Shown here piece by piece: positions 37,477-47,233 of a DNA stretch of 64,000 nt. Below the pieces are notes generated by a model. The model saw only the letters and a list, made by a program, of their open reading frames with translations, was not told the origin of the DNA and did no database searches. Each line of letters begins with the position of its first letter. The first letter of the stretch is position 1. The position numbers and the translations under genes are program-made. Origin of the DNA: Nitrospiria bacterium (GTDB taxonomy: Bacteria; Nitrospirota; UBA9217); assembly GCA_919901555.1 (NCBI GenBank), contig CAKKPG010000052.1:11951-75950 (forward strand), written 5' to 3'.

Positions 37477-38310
37477 TTATTTCAACAGTATTTTCACATC
37501 CGCCGGCATGCCCGGCTTGAGCTCGTTGCTCACGTTCTTTACACTGACCTTCACGGCGAAGACCAGCTTCACCCGTTCCTCCTGGGTCTGGACGTTCTTC
37601 GGCGTGAACTCCGCTTCCGACGATATATACGTGACCGTTCCCTCATAAATTTTCCCGGGGTAGGAATCGGTCCTGATCTCCGCTTTCTGGCCGAGCTTCA
37701 CGACTCCGAGCTTGTCTTCCTTCACGTACACCTTTACCCAGGGATTTTCGAGATCGCCGATCGTGAAGACAGGCGTTCCGGCCGCGATTGTTTCGCCGGC
37801 CTCTATGTTCTTTCTGAGCACGACGCCCGATATCGGCGCGTAGACCGCCGTATCCCGCAGCCGGTCCTCCGAAGCCGCGAGCGCGGCCCTGGCCTGCAGG
37901 AGCTGGGCCGCCGCCACGTCGTAGGCGGTCTTCGCGGCGTCCATTTGCTGCGACGATATCGCGCCGTTCTTGTAAAGCTCTTCTGCGCGTTCGTGGTCTT
38001 TCTTCGTCTTTTCGAGCGTTGCCCCGGCGTTCTGTACGAGCGCCCGGTTCTGGGCCGCGAGGCTTTCGTACTCGGCGCTGTCCAAAAGCGCGGCCCGTTC
38101 CCCTTTTTTGACCGGTCGCCCTTCGTCGGTCAGGAGCCTGACTACCCGGCCGGGGATCTTGAACCCCACGTTCACCTCCGTCACCTCCACGTTCCCGGAA
38201 AGGACGAGGGCGTCGGCAGTGCCGCTGTTTCGCGATCGTACGACCAGGACCGTAATGATGACAATTACAAGCGCCGCGACGGGTATCAGGATCTTTTTCT
38301 TCGGTATCAT
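37477..38310 (-). CDS. HlyD/YbhG-like periplasmic adaptor
   Basis: N-terminal anchor, AEFTPKNVQT..ER, LKPGMPA. Confidence 0.9.
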   Translation of the reverse strand: MIPKKKILIPVAALVIVIITVLVVRSRNSGTADALVLSGNVEVTEVNVGFKIPGRVVRLLTDEGRPVKKGERAALLDSAEYESLAAQNRALVQNAGATLEKTKKDHERAEELYKNGAISSQQMDAAKTAYDVAAAQLLQARAALAASEDRLRDTAVYAPISGVVLRKNIEAGETIAAGTPVFTIGDLENPWVKVYVKEDKLGVVKLGQKAEIRTDSYPGKIYEGTVTYISSEAEFTPKNVQTQEERVKLVFAVKVSVKNVSNELKPGMPADVKILLK

Positions 38311-38332
38311 TTCATCTCTCCTCGTTGCATCG

Positions 38333-38405
38333 GTAAAATTTCAAAATGCAAATTGCAAAATGAGGCATGGCCTTAGGCCATGATTTTTCCATCCCGGCAT
38401 TTTGC
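38333..38405. repeat. 7-bp periodic element with CATGGCCTTAGGCCATG core
   Basis: TCAAAATGCAAATTGCAAAATG arm, then the palindromic core. Confidence 0.7.
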
Positions 38406-38433
38406 GTTCGCCAAAGGACTTCACCCCTAGCGT

Positions 38434-39744
38434 TCATTCCTGCAACTCCTCACCCGCCGCCTTGCGCAGCAGCGCACGGGCAATGGCCTTGTCGTACAGC
38501 GCCTGATAGTAGTCCGTCTCGGCCCGCAAGAGCGCCGTCTGTGCGTCGATCACGTCCGTGCTCGTACCCGCCCCGGCCTTATACCGGATTTGCTCGATCC
38601 GGGCGCTCTCTTTTGCGGACGCGATGGCTTTTTCCGCCACCTCGATCCGCTTCGCAGCGTTCTCAATGCTCAAATAGGCGTCGCGCACCTCCCGGCTGAT
38701 GTCCAGCCGCAGCGCACGCTCCTCTTCCCGGGCCTTGAGCGCCTCCGCGCGCGCCCTGCCCACATCCGCCGACAGTGCGCCGCCTTCGAACAGAGGCAGG
38801 GAAAGCCGCAGGCCGAAGAACCAGTTCTCCTGCCACTCGTACTCAGGCCCGGATTTTTCCGAATAGTCTCCCGTGAGGTTGAGCGAAGGATACCGCCGAC
38901 CAGCGGCGACCTTCACACGCACGTCCGCGATCGTCACCTTCTTGAGCGCCGCCTGGTAATCCGGCCTCTTCCGGAGGGCCGACTGCATGCTCTCGTCGAC
39001 GGAAGCATAGGACTTGACCGCGCCCGGGTCCGGGGCGAGTTTTATCTTTTTGTGCATGTCCTCGATGCCCATGAGGACCCGCAAAAGCTCATAGGCGCTC
39101 TCCAGATTGTTCCTGCTGATGAGCGCGGCCTGGCGAGCATGGGCCAGTTCCGTCTCGGTCTTGAGCAGATCCACCTTCGCAACCGTCCCGGCCCGCAGGA
39201 GGAGTTCCACGTCCCGCTTGTGCGCTTCAAGCTGTTTGACCGTTTCATCGTTGGCGCCGGAGAACTTTTCAATCTGCAGGATCTTATAGTAGGCGCTCGT
39301 GAGGTTATAGACGAGTTCCTGTCTGGTCATGGAATACAGGTCCTCGGCGATGGATTTTCTGATTTCCGCAATCTCGACGCTCCTGCTCAGCCTGCCGCCG
39401 CGGTACAGCGGGAGGCTGAAGGTCACGCCTGCATCGTACACCGTCGTGTAAAACGCCGAGGGGTAATGGATGTCCGGCGGCGTGCCGTAGAGGGGCTCGG
39501 CGGCCGTGGGATAATGATATTTTGTCACGCCTCCGTAAAGGTCCAGCCGGGGCATGCGGTCTGCCTGGGCGGCTCGTATGCCCGAGCGTTCGATCTCGAT
39601 GTCGGTCCGTGAGGAACGGACCCGTGCGTTATGCTCGAGACCGTAGCGGATCGTCTGGTCAAGGGTATGGGCGTCTACGCCGGTCTCGGCTGCCGCGACG
39701 GACGCGGCGAATATCCCCACGAGAAGAAAAGTCGCTTTTTTCAT
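38434..39744 (-). CDS. TolC family outer membrane efflux protein
   Basis: Signal peptide; two OEP repeats (MPRLDL, YPSLNL, LPLF/Y.GG). Confidence 0.88.
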   Translation of the reverse strand: MKKATFLLVGIFAASVAAAETGVDAHTLDQTIRYGLEHNARVRSSRTDIEIERSGIRAAQADRMPRLDLYGGVTKYHYPTAAEPLYGTPPDIHYPSAFYTTVYDAGVTFSLPLYRGGRLSRSVEIAEIRKSIAEDLYSMTRQELVYNLTSAYYKILQIEKFSGANDETVKQLEAHKRDVELLLRAGTVAKVDLLKTETELAHARQAALISRNNLESAYELLRVLMGIEDMHKKIKLAPDPGAVKSYASVDESMQSALRKRPDYQAALKKVTIADVRVKVAAGRRYPSLNLTGDYSEKSGPEYEWQENWFFGLRLSLPLFEGGALSADVGRARAEALKAREEERALRLDISREVRDAYLSIENAAKRIEVAEKAIASAKESARIEQIRYKAGAGTSTDVIDAQTALLRAETDYYQALYDKAIARALLRKAAGEELQE

Positions 39745-39745
39745 A

Positions 39746-40366
39746 TCACTTCCCTCCCCCCGAGTCGGTTACGATGCATCGTTCGAAATTTTTCAAGAGC
39801 TTCATTCCCTCGGCGGTGAGCGAGAAGGAGAACCCGCTGAGCGACCACCGGAACATGAGGCCCTGCATCATACTGAGGAACATCAGCACCGTTACCCGGG
39901 GGTCGACGTCCTTCGCGACCTCGCCCCGCTCCTGGCCCCGCCTGAACACGGCCTCCAGGCGGTCGATGAACCGGTACATCGTGCCGAACATCCGCTCGCG
40001 CAGGGCCTTTTTGCCGTGCAGCTCCTCGGAGAACATGATCCGCGGGATGCCGCTGTTTCCGCCCATGAGTTCAAGCTGGAGCCGGAAGAAGATCCGGAAC
40101 TGCTCCCGCACCGTGCCCCCGGCGCCGAAGGCCTTCTGAAAGTTTTCTCCGATCCGCGCGCCCACGCTCTCCAGGGTCGCCGCCAGAACGTCGTCTTTCC
40201 CCCGGAAGTGGCGGTAGAGGTTCGCTTCCGACATGCCCACTTCCCCGGCAATGGCCGCCGTCGTCAGCCCCCCCATGCCCTTTTTCCCGATCACCCGGAG
40301 CGCGGCCTGCACAACCTGCTCCCGCCGCGCCTCACCGCTCATCTTCGTCCCTGTCTTCACAGCCAT
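39746..40366 (-). CDS. TetR/AcrR family regulator
   Basis: HTH IAGEVGMSEANLYRHF.GK. Confidence 0.9.
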   Translation of the reverse strand: MAVKTGTKMSGEARREQVVQAALRVIGKKGMGGLTTAAIAGEVGMSEANLYRHFRGKDDVLAATLESVGARIGENFQKAFGAGGTVREQFRIFFRLQLELMGGNSGIPRIMFSEELHGKKALRERMFGTMYRFIDRLEAVFRRGQERGEVAKDVDPRVTVLMFLSMMQGLMFRWSLSGFSFSLTAEGMKLLKNFERCIVTDSGGGK

Positions 40367-40382
40367 GACCGCTCCTATGTAA

Positions 40383-40426
40383 GTGAGTATTTACTCACAT
40401 TACACCGCGCAGGGGATGAATGTCAA
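40383..40426 (-). promoter_or_regulatory. TetR operator overlapping a sigma70 promoter
   Basis: Perfect GTGAGTA-TT-TACTCAC (40383-40398); minus-strand TTGACA at 40426-40421. Confidence 0.75.
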
Positions 40427-40591
40427 GTGCCTTTTTTCTGACCGACCCGGCCTTATTCACCTTTCTACGACTTACTACGCAGAAGATTGAACAGTTTACC
40501 ACCCTTAGCAAAGAGGGGTGAGGGAAGACTTAGTGGTATGAGCGCCCCTTCGCGAAAAATCATCGGCCGACACGAGGCCGCCGCCTCATGC

Positions 40592-42022
40592 TTACCCCTT
40601 CACGCACGCGATGGGCCTGACCTTGACGACCTTGCGCGCGAGGTTCGCGGCGTGCGCGGCATCTACAACCTCCGTCACGTCCTTGTAGGACTCCGGCGCC
40701 TCCTCGGCGATGCCGGAATAGGAATGGCCCCGGACGATGATGCCCCGCGCTGCAAGCAGGTCAATGATCTCCCTGCCCTTCCACGTCTTCTTGGCCTGGG
40801 TCCGCGACATGGCCCTGCCTGCGCCGTGGCAGGCCGAGCCGAAGGCCTGCTTCATCCCCTCTTCCGTGCCTGCGAGAATGTACGACGCGGTGCCCATGGT
40901 CCCGCCGATGAGCACGGGCTGGCCGACATTCCTGTATTCCACGGGCAGATCGATCTGCCCCGGCCCGAAGGCCCGCGTGGCCCCTTTGCGGTGCACGTAG
41001 AGCCGCTTCTTCCTGCCGTTGATGATATGCGTCTCCACCTTGCAGGTGTTGTGGCTGATGTCGTAGAGCATCTTGATGCTGCCTTCGGGATAGACCCCGG
41101 TAAAGATCTCCCGGACCAGATGGGTGATGATCTGGCGGTTCGCCAGGGCGCAGTTGATCCCTGCGCTCATGGCCCCGAAGTATTTCCTCCCCTCAGGGGA
41201 ATTGATGGGAGCTGACGCGAGCTCCCTGTCCTTGATGGGAAGCTTGAACCGCTGCGCGGCATCGGCCAGGCTCCTGAGATAATCCGTGCCGATCTGGTGT
41301 CCCAGCCCCCGGGAACCGCAGTGTACGGTGATGACCACGTCGTTCTTCCTCAGACCCATGGCCTGGGCCGCCTTCTCGTCATACACCTCGTCCACGACCT
41401 GCACCTCGAGGTAATGGTTGCCCGAGCCGAGGGTCCCCATCTCGCGGTACTGGCGCTTCTTCGCCGTGTCCGAGACATGCTCAGGCTCCGCGCCGTCCAC
41501 CCTGCCGTGTTCCTCGATATATTCCAGGTCGTCCTTGACGCCGTACCCTTTCTTGACGGCCCACTCCGCGCCTCCCGTCAGCATTTCGTCGATCTGCGCC
41601 GATGAAAGCTTGATGAGCCCCTCGGAGCCCACGCCCGCGGGCACGCGGTTGTAGAATTGATCGACCAGTGTCCGGATCCTCGGCATGACCTCCTCTCTCG
41701 TCATGCCCGTTTTCATGGTGCGCACCCCGCAGGAGATGTCGAACCCCACCCCTCCCATGGATATGATGCCGCCCTCTTCGGGATCAAAGGCGGCCACGCC
41801 GCCGATGGGGAAGCCGTAGCCCCAGTGGGCGTCGGGCATGGCCATGGAGGCAAGCTGGATGCCGGGCAGCATGGCAACGTTCGTGACCTGCTCGCGCACC
41901 TTCTCGTCCATCTCCCGGATCAATTTCTCGCTCGCAAATATCCTCCCGGGTACGCCCATGTCCCCGGTCCGCGGGATCTCCCAGAGATAGTCGTTGATCT
42001 TATTGAATGTCTTTGGATCCAT
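40592..42022 (-). CDS. rtcB: RNA-splicing ligase RtcB
   Basis: MPDAHWGYGFPIGGV, DISCG, GSGNHY, HRKGAT, HGAGR, EEAPESYK. Confidence 0.95.
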   Translation of the reverse strand: MDPKTFNKINDYLWEIPRTGDMGVPGRIFASEKLIREMDEKVREQVTNVAMLPGIQLASMAMPDAHWGYGFPIGGVAAFDPEEGGIISMGGVGFDISCGVRTMKTGMTREEVMPRIRTLVDQFYNRVPAGVGSEGLIKLSSAQIDEMLTGGAEWAVKKGYGVKDDLEYIEEHGRVDGAEPEHVSDTAKKRQYREMGTLGSGNHYLEVQVVDEVYDEKAAQAMGLRKNDVVITVHCGSRGLGHQIGTDYLRSLADAAQRFKLPIKDRELASAPINSPEGRKYFGAMSAGINCALANRQIITHLVREIFTGVYPEGSIKMLYDISHNTCKVETHIINGRKKRLYVHRKGATRAFGPGQIDLPVEYRNVGQPVLIGGTMGTASYILAGTEEGMKQAFGSACHGAGRAMSRTQAKKTWKGREIIDLLAARGIIVRGHSYSGIAEEAPESYKDVTEVVDAAHAANLARKVVKVRPIACVKG

Positions 42023-42104
42023 GATTTCCCCCAAAGGAGGTCAACCACGCAGGGCTGCCGCTCCTTCTTTCATTCCGCATTCGGCATTCCGAACTCCGCA
42101 CTTC

Positions 42105-42524
42105 TTAAACATCCACCACGCACTCCGCCACGTATCCGCCGTCCTGCGCCCTCACGCTCAGCATATGATAGGTGGCGCCCTTCACCTCTACAGCGGCTTC
42201 GTGCCTGTCCCGGTCCAGGGGTTCGCCCCATGCGCTGCCCATGAGCGAGCCTCCGTCTATGCTTACCTCGAACCGGGAGAAGACCATCCGCTCCACGTCG
42301 GAAAGCGACAGCAGGGCGTTCAGCCACTCGACGAGAAGAAGCTCGTTGTCGGGGGCGGAGACAATGATCGTTCGCTTTTCCTTCGGCTCGACCAGCGCAA
42401 CATTCACCATCACCGAATACAGGGCGGCCGCCGCATGTTCGAAGGACTCTTCGACCGTGCGGCCGAAACCCCGTATCCCGATGTCCGCCTCGTGCTCGAA
42501 AGTTTCATAGTGTAATAATGACAT
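42105..42524 (-). CDS. Archease
   Basis: FEHEADIGI...EVKGATYH...VVDV; directly upstream of rtcB. Confidence 0.92.
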   Translation of the reverse strand: MSLLHYETFEHEADIGIRGFGRTVEESFEHAAAALYSVMVNVALVEPKEKRTIIVSAPDNELLLVEWLNALLSLSDVERMVFSRFEVSIDGGSLMGSAWGEPLDRDRHEAAVEVKGATYHMLSVRAQDGGYVAECVVDV

Positions 42525-42562
42525 ACGTTATAAAAGGTTACGATCTTTCATTCACTCCGCAC

Positions 42563-42751
42563 GTAACTACTCAGGTCTGCCGCTGAGCACAGGCGCAAAA
42601 AAGCGCGCCGTGACCGTCATGGCAGCGCCACTTCAGCCAAAACAGCGCGTGCGCAGCGAAAGCGCTGCGGGTACGGGTACCGACAGCGTGAAGGGCAAGA
42701 GCACGCTGGCGCGCCTTGCGCCGAAGCGAAGTGGCTGACCTGAGTAGTTAC
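42563..42751. mobile_element. MITE (189 bp) with IS66-like ends
   Basis: 15-bp TIR GTAACTACTCAGGTC/GACCTGAGTAGTTAC; 8-bp target duplication CTCCGCAC (42555-42562 and 42752-42759). Confidence 0.88.
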
Positions 42752-42762
42752 CTCCGCACTTC

Positions 42763-43770
42763 CTACCACACCCCATCAATCACTGCTCCGCAGTATGAGC
42801 AGGCGCCCTCTTTCACCCGGTTCTCTTTAACAGCGAACCCGATGCGCTTGACCAGGCTTTTTTTGCAGCTCCAGCACAGCGTCTCTTCGCCTTCTCCCGG
42901 GATATTTCCTTCGTACACGTACCGCAGCCCCGCGTCGAGGCCGATCTGCCGGGCCCGCCGGAGCGTTTCGATCGGCGTCCGCGGCTTGTCCATGAGCTTG
43001 TAGGTCGGATGGAACCTCGACACGTGCCACGGCACGTCCTCTCCCACGGACCTTATAAAGGCGGCGATCTTTCCGAGCTCTTCGTCCGAGTCATTATGCC
43101 CCGGGATGACGAGCGTCGTGAGCTCTATCCAGATGCCGAGTTCTTTATAGAGCCTGATGGCGTCCAGCACCGGCTGGAGCTTCGCGCCGCAGACCTTCCG
43201 GTAGAAATCGTCGGTAAATCCCTTGAGGTCGATGTTGGCCGCGTGAAGAAAGGGCCTTATTTCCCTGAGCGCCTCGGCCGTGATATACCCGTTCGTCACA
43301 AAGACGTTCTTGAGGCCGGCGTCAACGGCGAGCCGCGCCGTTTCATAGGCCAGTTCAAAATAGATCGTCGGTTCGGTGTAGGTGTAAGAGATGCTCGAGC
43401 ATTGCGTGGCCTGCGCCGAGGCCACGATCTGCCCGGGCGTGACAGAGTCTCCCAGGATACTGCCGCCGCGGTCACGGGGGAGCTGCGATATGTCCGCGTT
43501 CTGGCAGTGCAGGCAGCGGAAATTGCAGCCCGGCGTCGCGATGGAATAGGAGAGGCTGCCCGGCAGGAAGTGGAAAAGCGGTTTTTTTTCAATGGGGTCT
43601 ACGTTCCGCGCGATAACCCTGTCGTACACCAGACTGAAGAGCACGCCGCCCCTGTTCTCGCGCACGGCGCAGATGCCGCGTCGGCCGTCGGCGACCAGGC
43701 ACCGGTGCGCGCAGAGGCTGCACTGCACCTTTCCGCCTTCTTTGAGCTCCTGGAACATCGCCTGTTTCAT
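42763..43770 (-). CDS. amrS: AmmeMemoRadiSam system radical SAM enzyme
   Basis: C.LC.H.C...G.C.VR, DPIEKKPLFHF, CNFRCLHCQN, YTYTEP, C-terminal Cys pairs. Confidence 0.9.
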   Translation of the reverse strand: MKQAMFQELKEGGKVQCSLCAHRCLVADGRRGICAVRENRGGVLFSLVYDRVIARNVDPIEKKPLFHFLPGSLSYSIATPGCNFRCLHCQNADISQLPRDRGGSILGDSVTPGQIVASAQATQCSSISYTYTEPTIYFELAYETARLAVDAGLKNVFVTNGYITAEALREIRPFLHAANIDLKGFTDDFYRKVCGAKLQPVLDAIRLYKELGIWIELTTLVIPGHNDSDEELGKIAAFIRSVGEDVPWHVSRFHPTYKLMDKPRTPIETLRRARQIGLDAGLRYVYEGNIPGEGEETLCWSCKKSLVKRIGFAVKENRVKEGACSYCGAVIDGVW

Positions 43771-43891
43771 GATTCTCCCTGGGAACGAACTGAGGGACGA
43801 AGGACTTTCTTTAAAGCTTTGCGCACTTTGCGAGAGACGCTTTTGATTCCCGCCTGTCCCGGCAACGTCGGGGTTTATCCAGGTTAGGATT

Positions 43892-44674
43892 TTACGCTGC
43901 GCCGGCCCGCTTGAACTTCTCGTCCCGGCGTTTATGATCGACCGCCTCGGCTTGTATTTTGGACTTGCACGCGGTGCAGATGATGTCCGCTGAAGACGCG
44001 CCGCATACCGCGCACCGCCGCACCGATTCCATAGGCCTCAGGCCCTCGGCCTTGAAGATCATTTCCAGGAACGTGCTTTCGCTCACGTGTCCGTCGAGGT
44101 GCAGGTTCCCCCCGAAGACCGTTTTGGGCGGCGTCGCGATCTGATAGCGGTCGCGCAATTCCGGAAAATCATCGGCCGTGATGATTTCCGTATGAATGAG
44201 GCCGCTCTCCATGGCCAGGCCCGTGGCGGTCTCGGCCACGGGTTTGCAGAGCGGACAATCGAGGTCGACAAAGACCTGGATATGCACGTCCCGCTCCAGC
44301 AGCTTCAGGGCATTGCCGATGCTGTCGGGAAACCAGGCCTTCCCCCCGGAAACCGCGAGGATGGCCTCAAGGAGCAGGCTGAGCATGATCCCGTCAATTT
44401 CGCCGCAGAGCGTGACGCTCCGTCCCTCAGCGCCCTGGACCACGACCGACGGGGTCAGCGTAATGCCGTATTGCTCGGTCTTGTCCCGGTCCATGGTGAA
44501 GTCGTACGCTTCGAGGGCGATTTTCGTTGACCGGCTTTTGATCGAGCGGGCCAGGTCAAGTACATCGGGGCACTGCGCACACCCGCTTTCGCTCGTGAAT
44601 ACCGCCAGCCTCACCGGATTCTTCATCTGCCCTAAAGTATCCTTGATGTATCGCAGTGCATCGTCGCTCGGCAT
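43892..44674 (-). CDS. Two-thioredoxin protein disulfide oxidoreductase with C-terminal Cys4 motif
   Basis: CAQC and CPLC thioredoxin units; CAVC...CTAC tail. Confidence 0.75.
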   Translation of the reverse strand: MPSDDALRYIKDTLGQMKNPVRLAVFTSESGCAQCPDVLDLARSIKSRSTKIALEAYDFTMDRDKTEQYGITLTPSVVVQGAEGRSVTLCGEIDGIMLSLLLEAILAVSGGKAWFPDSIGNALKLLERDVHIQVFVDLDCPLCKPVAETATGLAMESGLIHTEIITADDFPELRDRYQIATPPKTVFGGNLHLDGHVSESTFLEMIFKAEGLRPMESVRRCAVCGASSADIICTACKSKIQAEAVDHKRRDEKFKRAGAA

Positions 44675-44759
44675 GGCGTCTCCTTTCGATTATGCGGGGA
44701 GGTCTCACTTTTATTATATCAAATTCGACGGGCAAATAATAACCGGGTTTAACCGCATT

Positions 44760-44816
44760 GCAAGAGGACGCCGGCGCGCCGTGCGCCGAAGCGAAGTGGC
44801 TGACCTGAGTAGGTAC
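44760..44816. mobile_element. Truncated copy (right end) of the 42563 MITE
   Basis: GCAAGAGGACGCCGGCGCGCCGTGCGCCGAAGCGAAGTGGCTGACCTGAGTAGGTAC, nearly identical to 42695-42751. Confidence 0.8.
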
Positions 44817-44957
44817 GAATTTCCAATGATGCGGAGTACCGCAACTAAGGCCGACGAAAAAAGGGAAGAAAAAGGGAAGAAAAAGCTTGAACGGCACAGG
44901 GGTACTTGCTATAATCGGGACGTAAAGGGACGATCATGCAGGAAAAAGGAGATCGGT

Positions 44958-45278
44958 ATGAAAAGGATGGCGCCTGTTTGTCTTTTCTTGCTTTGCCTGT
45001 CATTGCCGCCCGTCGCCGGCGCCGAAAAGGTAGGAGGCGGCGATATCACCTTCTCGCCCCAAAATGCCCATGAAGTGATCTTCAGCCACGATAAGCATGT
45101 CAATGAAAAAAGCCTCAAATGCACCAATTGCCACTATCAGATATTTCAAATGTCCAAGGGTTCATTCAAAATGGATATGAACAAGCTTACCAAGGGTGCT
45201 TTCTGCGGAAAATGCCATAACGGCCAGAAGGCCTTCGACGTAAAAGACACGAAAAACTGCGTCCGGTGTCATAGATGA
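44958..45278 (+). CDS. Triheme cytochrome c7-like protein
   Basis: Signal peptide; FSHDKH; CTNCH, CGKCH, CVRCH; AAGGAG RBS. Confidence 0.85.
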   Translation: MKRMAPVCLFLLCLSLPPVAGAEKVGGGDITFSPQNAHEVIFSHDKHVNEKSLKCTNCHYQIFQMSKGSFKMDMNKLTKGAFCGKCHNGQKAFDVKDTKNCVRCHR

Positions 45279-45607
45279 ACCGGCGCGCGCAGAGGCGTGC
45301 CTTCCTTGACGTTTCCTTCGCCGGCCTGATCCTGTCCGCTTCAGTCTATGCGGCTGCCGGCGGCGGCGATATTAGATTCAGCGTAAAAGATGCAGACCCT
45401 GTTGTCTTCAGCCATGATCTCCATACGAAGAGCAAAGGCGTTAAATGCATGGCGTGCCACTTCCGTGAGCTTGGGCAGACCGGAAGCAGTTTCAGGATAC
45501 GGCAGGAGAAACTGAACAAAAGGGACTTTTGCCGGCTCTGTCATGACGGTTTGCGGAGCTTCGATGCTCAGGCACCGAGGAATTGCGCACGGTGTCATAA
45601 AAAATAG
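45275..45607 (+). CDS. Triheme cytochrome c7-like protein (paralog)
   Basis: FSHDLH; CMACH, CRLCH, CARCH. Confidence 0.82.
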   Translation: MNRRAQRRAFLDVSFAGLILSASVYAAAGGGDIRFSVKDADPVVFSHDLHTKSKGVKCMACHFRELGQTGSSFRIRQEKLNKRDFCRLCHDGLRSFDAQAPRNCARCHKK

Positions 45608-45733
45608 CCTCTTTCGTATTCCCGGTGAAAGAATTTCAACCACGGAGACACGGAGAATGTAAAAACGAAGAATGACGGGCAAGAGACCTCACGTCCTTCC
45701 TCCCTCGTCCCTCATGTTCTTCCTTTGTCCCCA

Positions 45734-46441
45734 TTATGCAAGACTCAGCAGCACCCGTGCAACGTCCTCCGGCCGCGAGACCATCATATCGTGGCCCCCG
45801 TCGATTTCCATCGGCTTCACTCCCAGCCTCTCCGCAAAACCTCTTGTCAATTCAGGCGGCAGGCTCTTGTCCTTCAGGCCCAGGATATAGGTCTTTGGAA
45901 TGTCTATGTTCGGGAACCGCTTGAAACGTATCTTCTCGAAAAAAGCGGCCGGCGGCTGGGGCGTCAACTGCTTGAGGTAGAAATCCTTCTCCGCCCCGTC
46001 CTGGTCCGTAAAGTAGTTCGGCCTCAAAACATCCAGAGGCCCGAAAATCTCCTTTGCCTTCCCTTCCAGCTTCCGGAGCATCTCCTGCCGCTCTTTCGTG
46101 AGCAGGTCGATGAGCGCCTCACCGTCATGCGGAACGACCGCCGCGAGATACACAAGGCGCCGCACCCGCTCCGGCATCTCTTCGGCAACTTTGCTGATGA
46201 TGATCCCCGACATGCTGTGGCCCACGAGGATGAGCTCGCGCAGATCGTTCTTTTCTATATAAGAAAGAACATCGCTGATATAGGCGCTCATGTTCACGCC
46301 CGCTCGCCCGGCAACCCGCTTGCCATGGCCCGGCAGGTCGTAGGGGATCGCCTTTGCCCCGCCTTTTTCCAGGAGCGGTATAAGCCTGTCCCAGAGCCAT
46401 GCCCCCCGCAGCGCGCCGTGAATGAGAAGATAGGTTCTCAT
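45734..46441 (-). CDS. Alpha/beta hydrolase (esterase)
   Basis: LIHGA, DLPGHG, GHSMSG nucleophile elbow, GGHD. Confidence 0.88.
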   Translation of the reverse strand: MRTYLLIHGALRGAWLWDRLIPLLEKGGAKAIPYDLPGHGKRVAGRAGVNMSAYISDVLSYIEKNDLRELILVGHSMSGIIISKVAEEMPERVRRLVYLAAVVPHDGEALIDLLTKERQEMLRKLEGKAKEIFGPLDVLRPNYFTDQDGAEKDFYLKQLTPQPPAAFFEKIRFKRFPNIDIPKTYILGLKDKSLPPELTRGFAERLGVKPMEIDGGHDMMVSRPEDVARVLLSLA

Positions 46442-46470
46442 ATTTTCACGCCTTCCTCATGCCGTGCTCC

Positions 46471-46881
46471 TTAACCATAATTCTTTAAGCTATAGAAGTA
46501 GCTAAAGGTAAATTTACCTATTATGAGGAGCCTCAGAATTATCCCGAAGAGAAAGCCCCTGCCGGCCAGTAAATCATAATAAAAAAGCAATTCGATCATT
46601 ATTGAAAGCGACAGCAGTACCGAGGTTATTATCAATAAGCCTCTTCGTTCAAGAGGTTTCAAGTAGCCCCAAAAAAGAATAGCCGTCCAGCCGAACATAA
46701 ACAGAGTACCTATATACATCGCAAAACGGTAATCTGTACCTTCACCTTGAAAAGAGGATATCAGGTTTGGGATGCTATATCCAAGGCTGATAAGAAGCCA
46801 ATTTATTCCAACAACAAAATCTGCGATTGTTCCAATGATAAAACTGAGCTTAAGAAATACAAGCTGGTTATTCTTGATCAT
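46471..46881 (-). CDS. Hypothetical 4-TM membrane protein (AT-rich)
   Basis: Hydrophobic 136-aa ORF with visibly lower GC than the flanks. Confidence 0.65.
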   Translation of the reverse strand: MIKNNQLVFLKLSFIIGTIADFVVGINWLLISLGYSIPNLISSFQGEGTDYRFAMYIGTLFMFGWTAILFWGYLKPLERRGLLIITSVLLSLSIMIELLFYYDLLAGRGFLFGIILRLLIIGKFTFSYFYSLKNYG

Positions 46882-46968
46882 ATCTTTTTTGTTCCTACTG
46901 CTATCTTGTATAGTACTGCGCAGACGTAGAGATCACACGCCGCGATGCGGTCGGCGTGGAGCGGCAGG

Positions 46969-47232
46969 TTAGATTAAATCAATGTTTATACTTTTCATAA
47001 CCTTGTTGCCGACCTTGTGACAGATAAAGCATTGCTCCTTCGGCGGATGGGTGTCTTTCAAAGGCGCCTGTTTACCGGGCGCATGACAGGTCACACAGCC
47101 TTCCTGTATGGTTATAGTATGGTGCATTTTGTCGAGGGGGATAGAAGGGGCCTTTTTACCGGTTGATGAAATGAAGAAGAGAACAGCGATGACGGCGCCG
47201 GCTGATAAGATTAACGTCAATGTACTTTTCAT
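46969..47232 (-). CDS. Small membrane-anchored diheme cytochrome c
   Basis: N-terminal TM; CVTCH and HPPKEQCFICH. Confidence 0.75.
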   Translation of the reverse strand: MKSTLTLILSAGAVIAVLFFISSTGKKAPSIPLDKMHHTITIQEGCVTCHAPGKQAPLKDTHPPKEQCFICHKVGNKVMKSINIDLI

Positions 47233-47233
47233 G

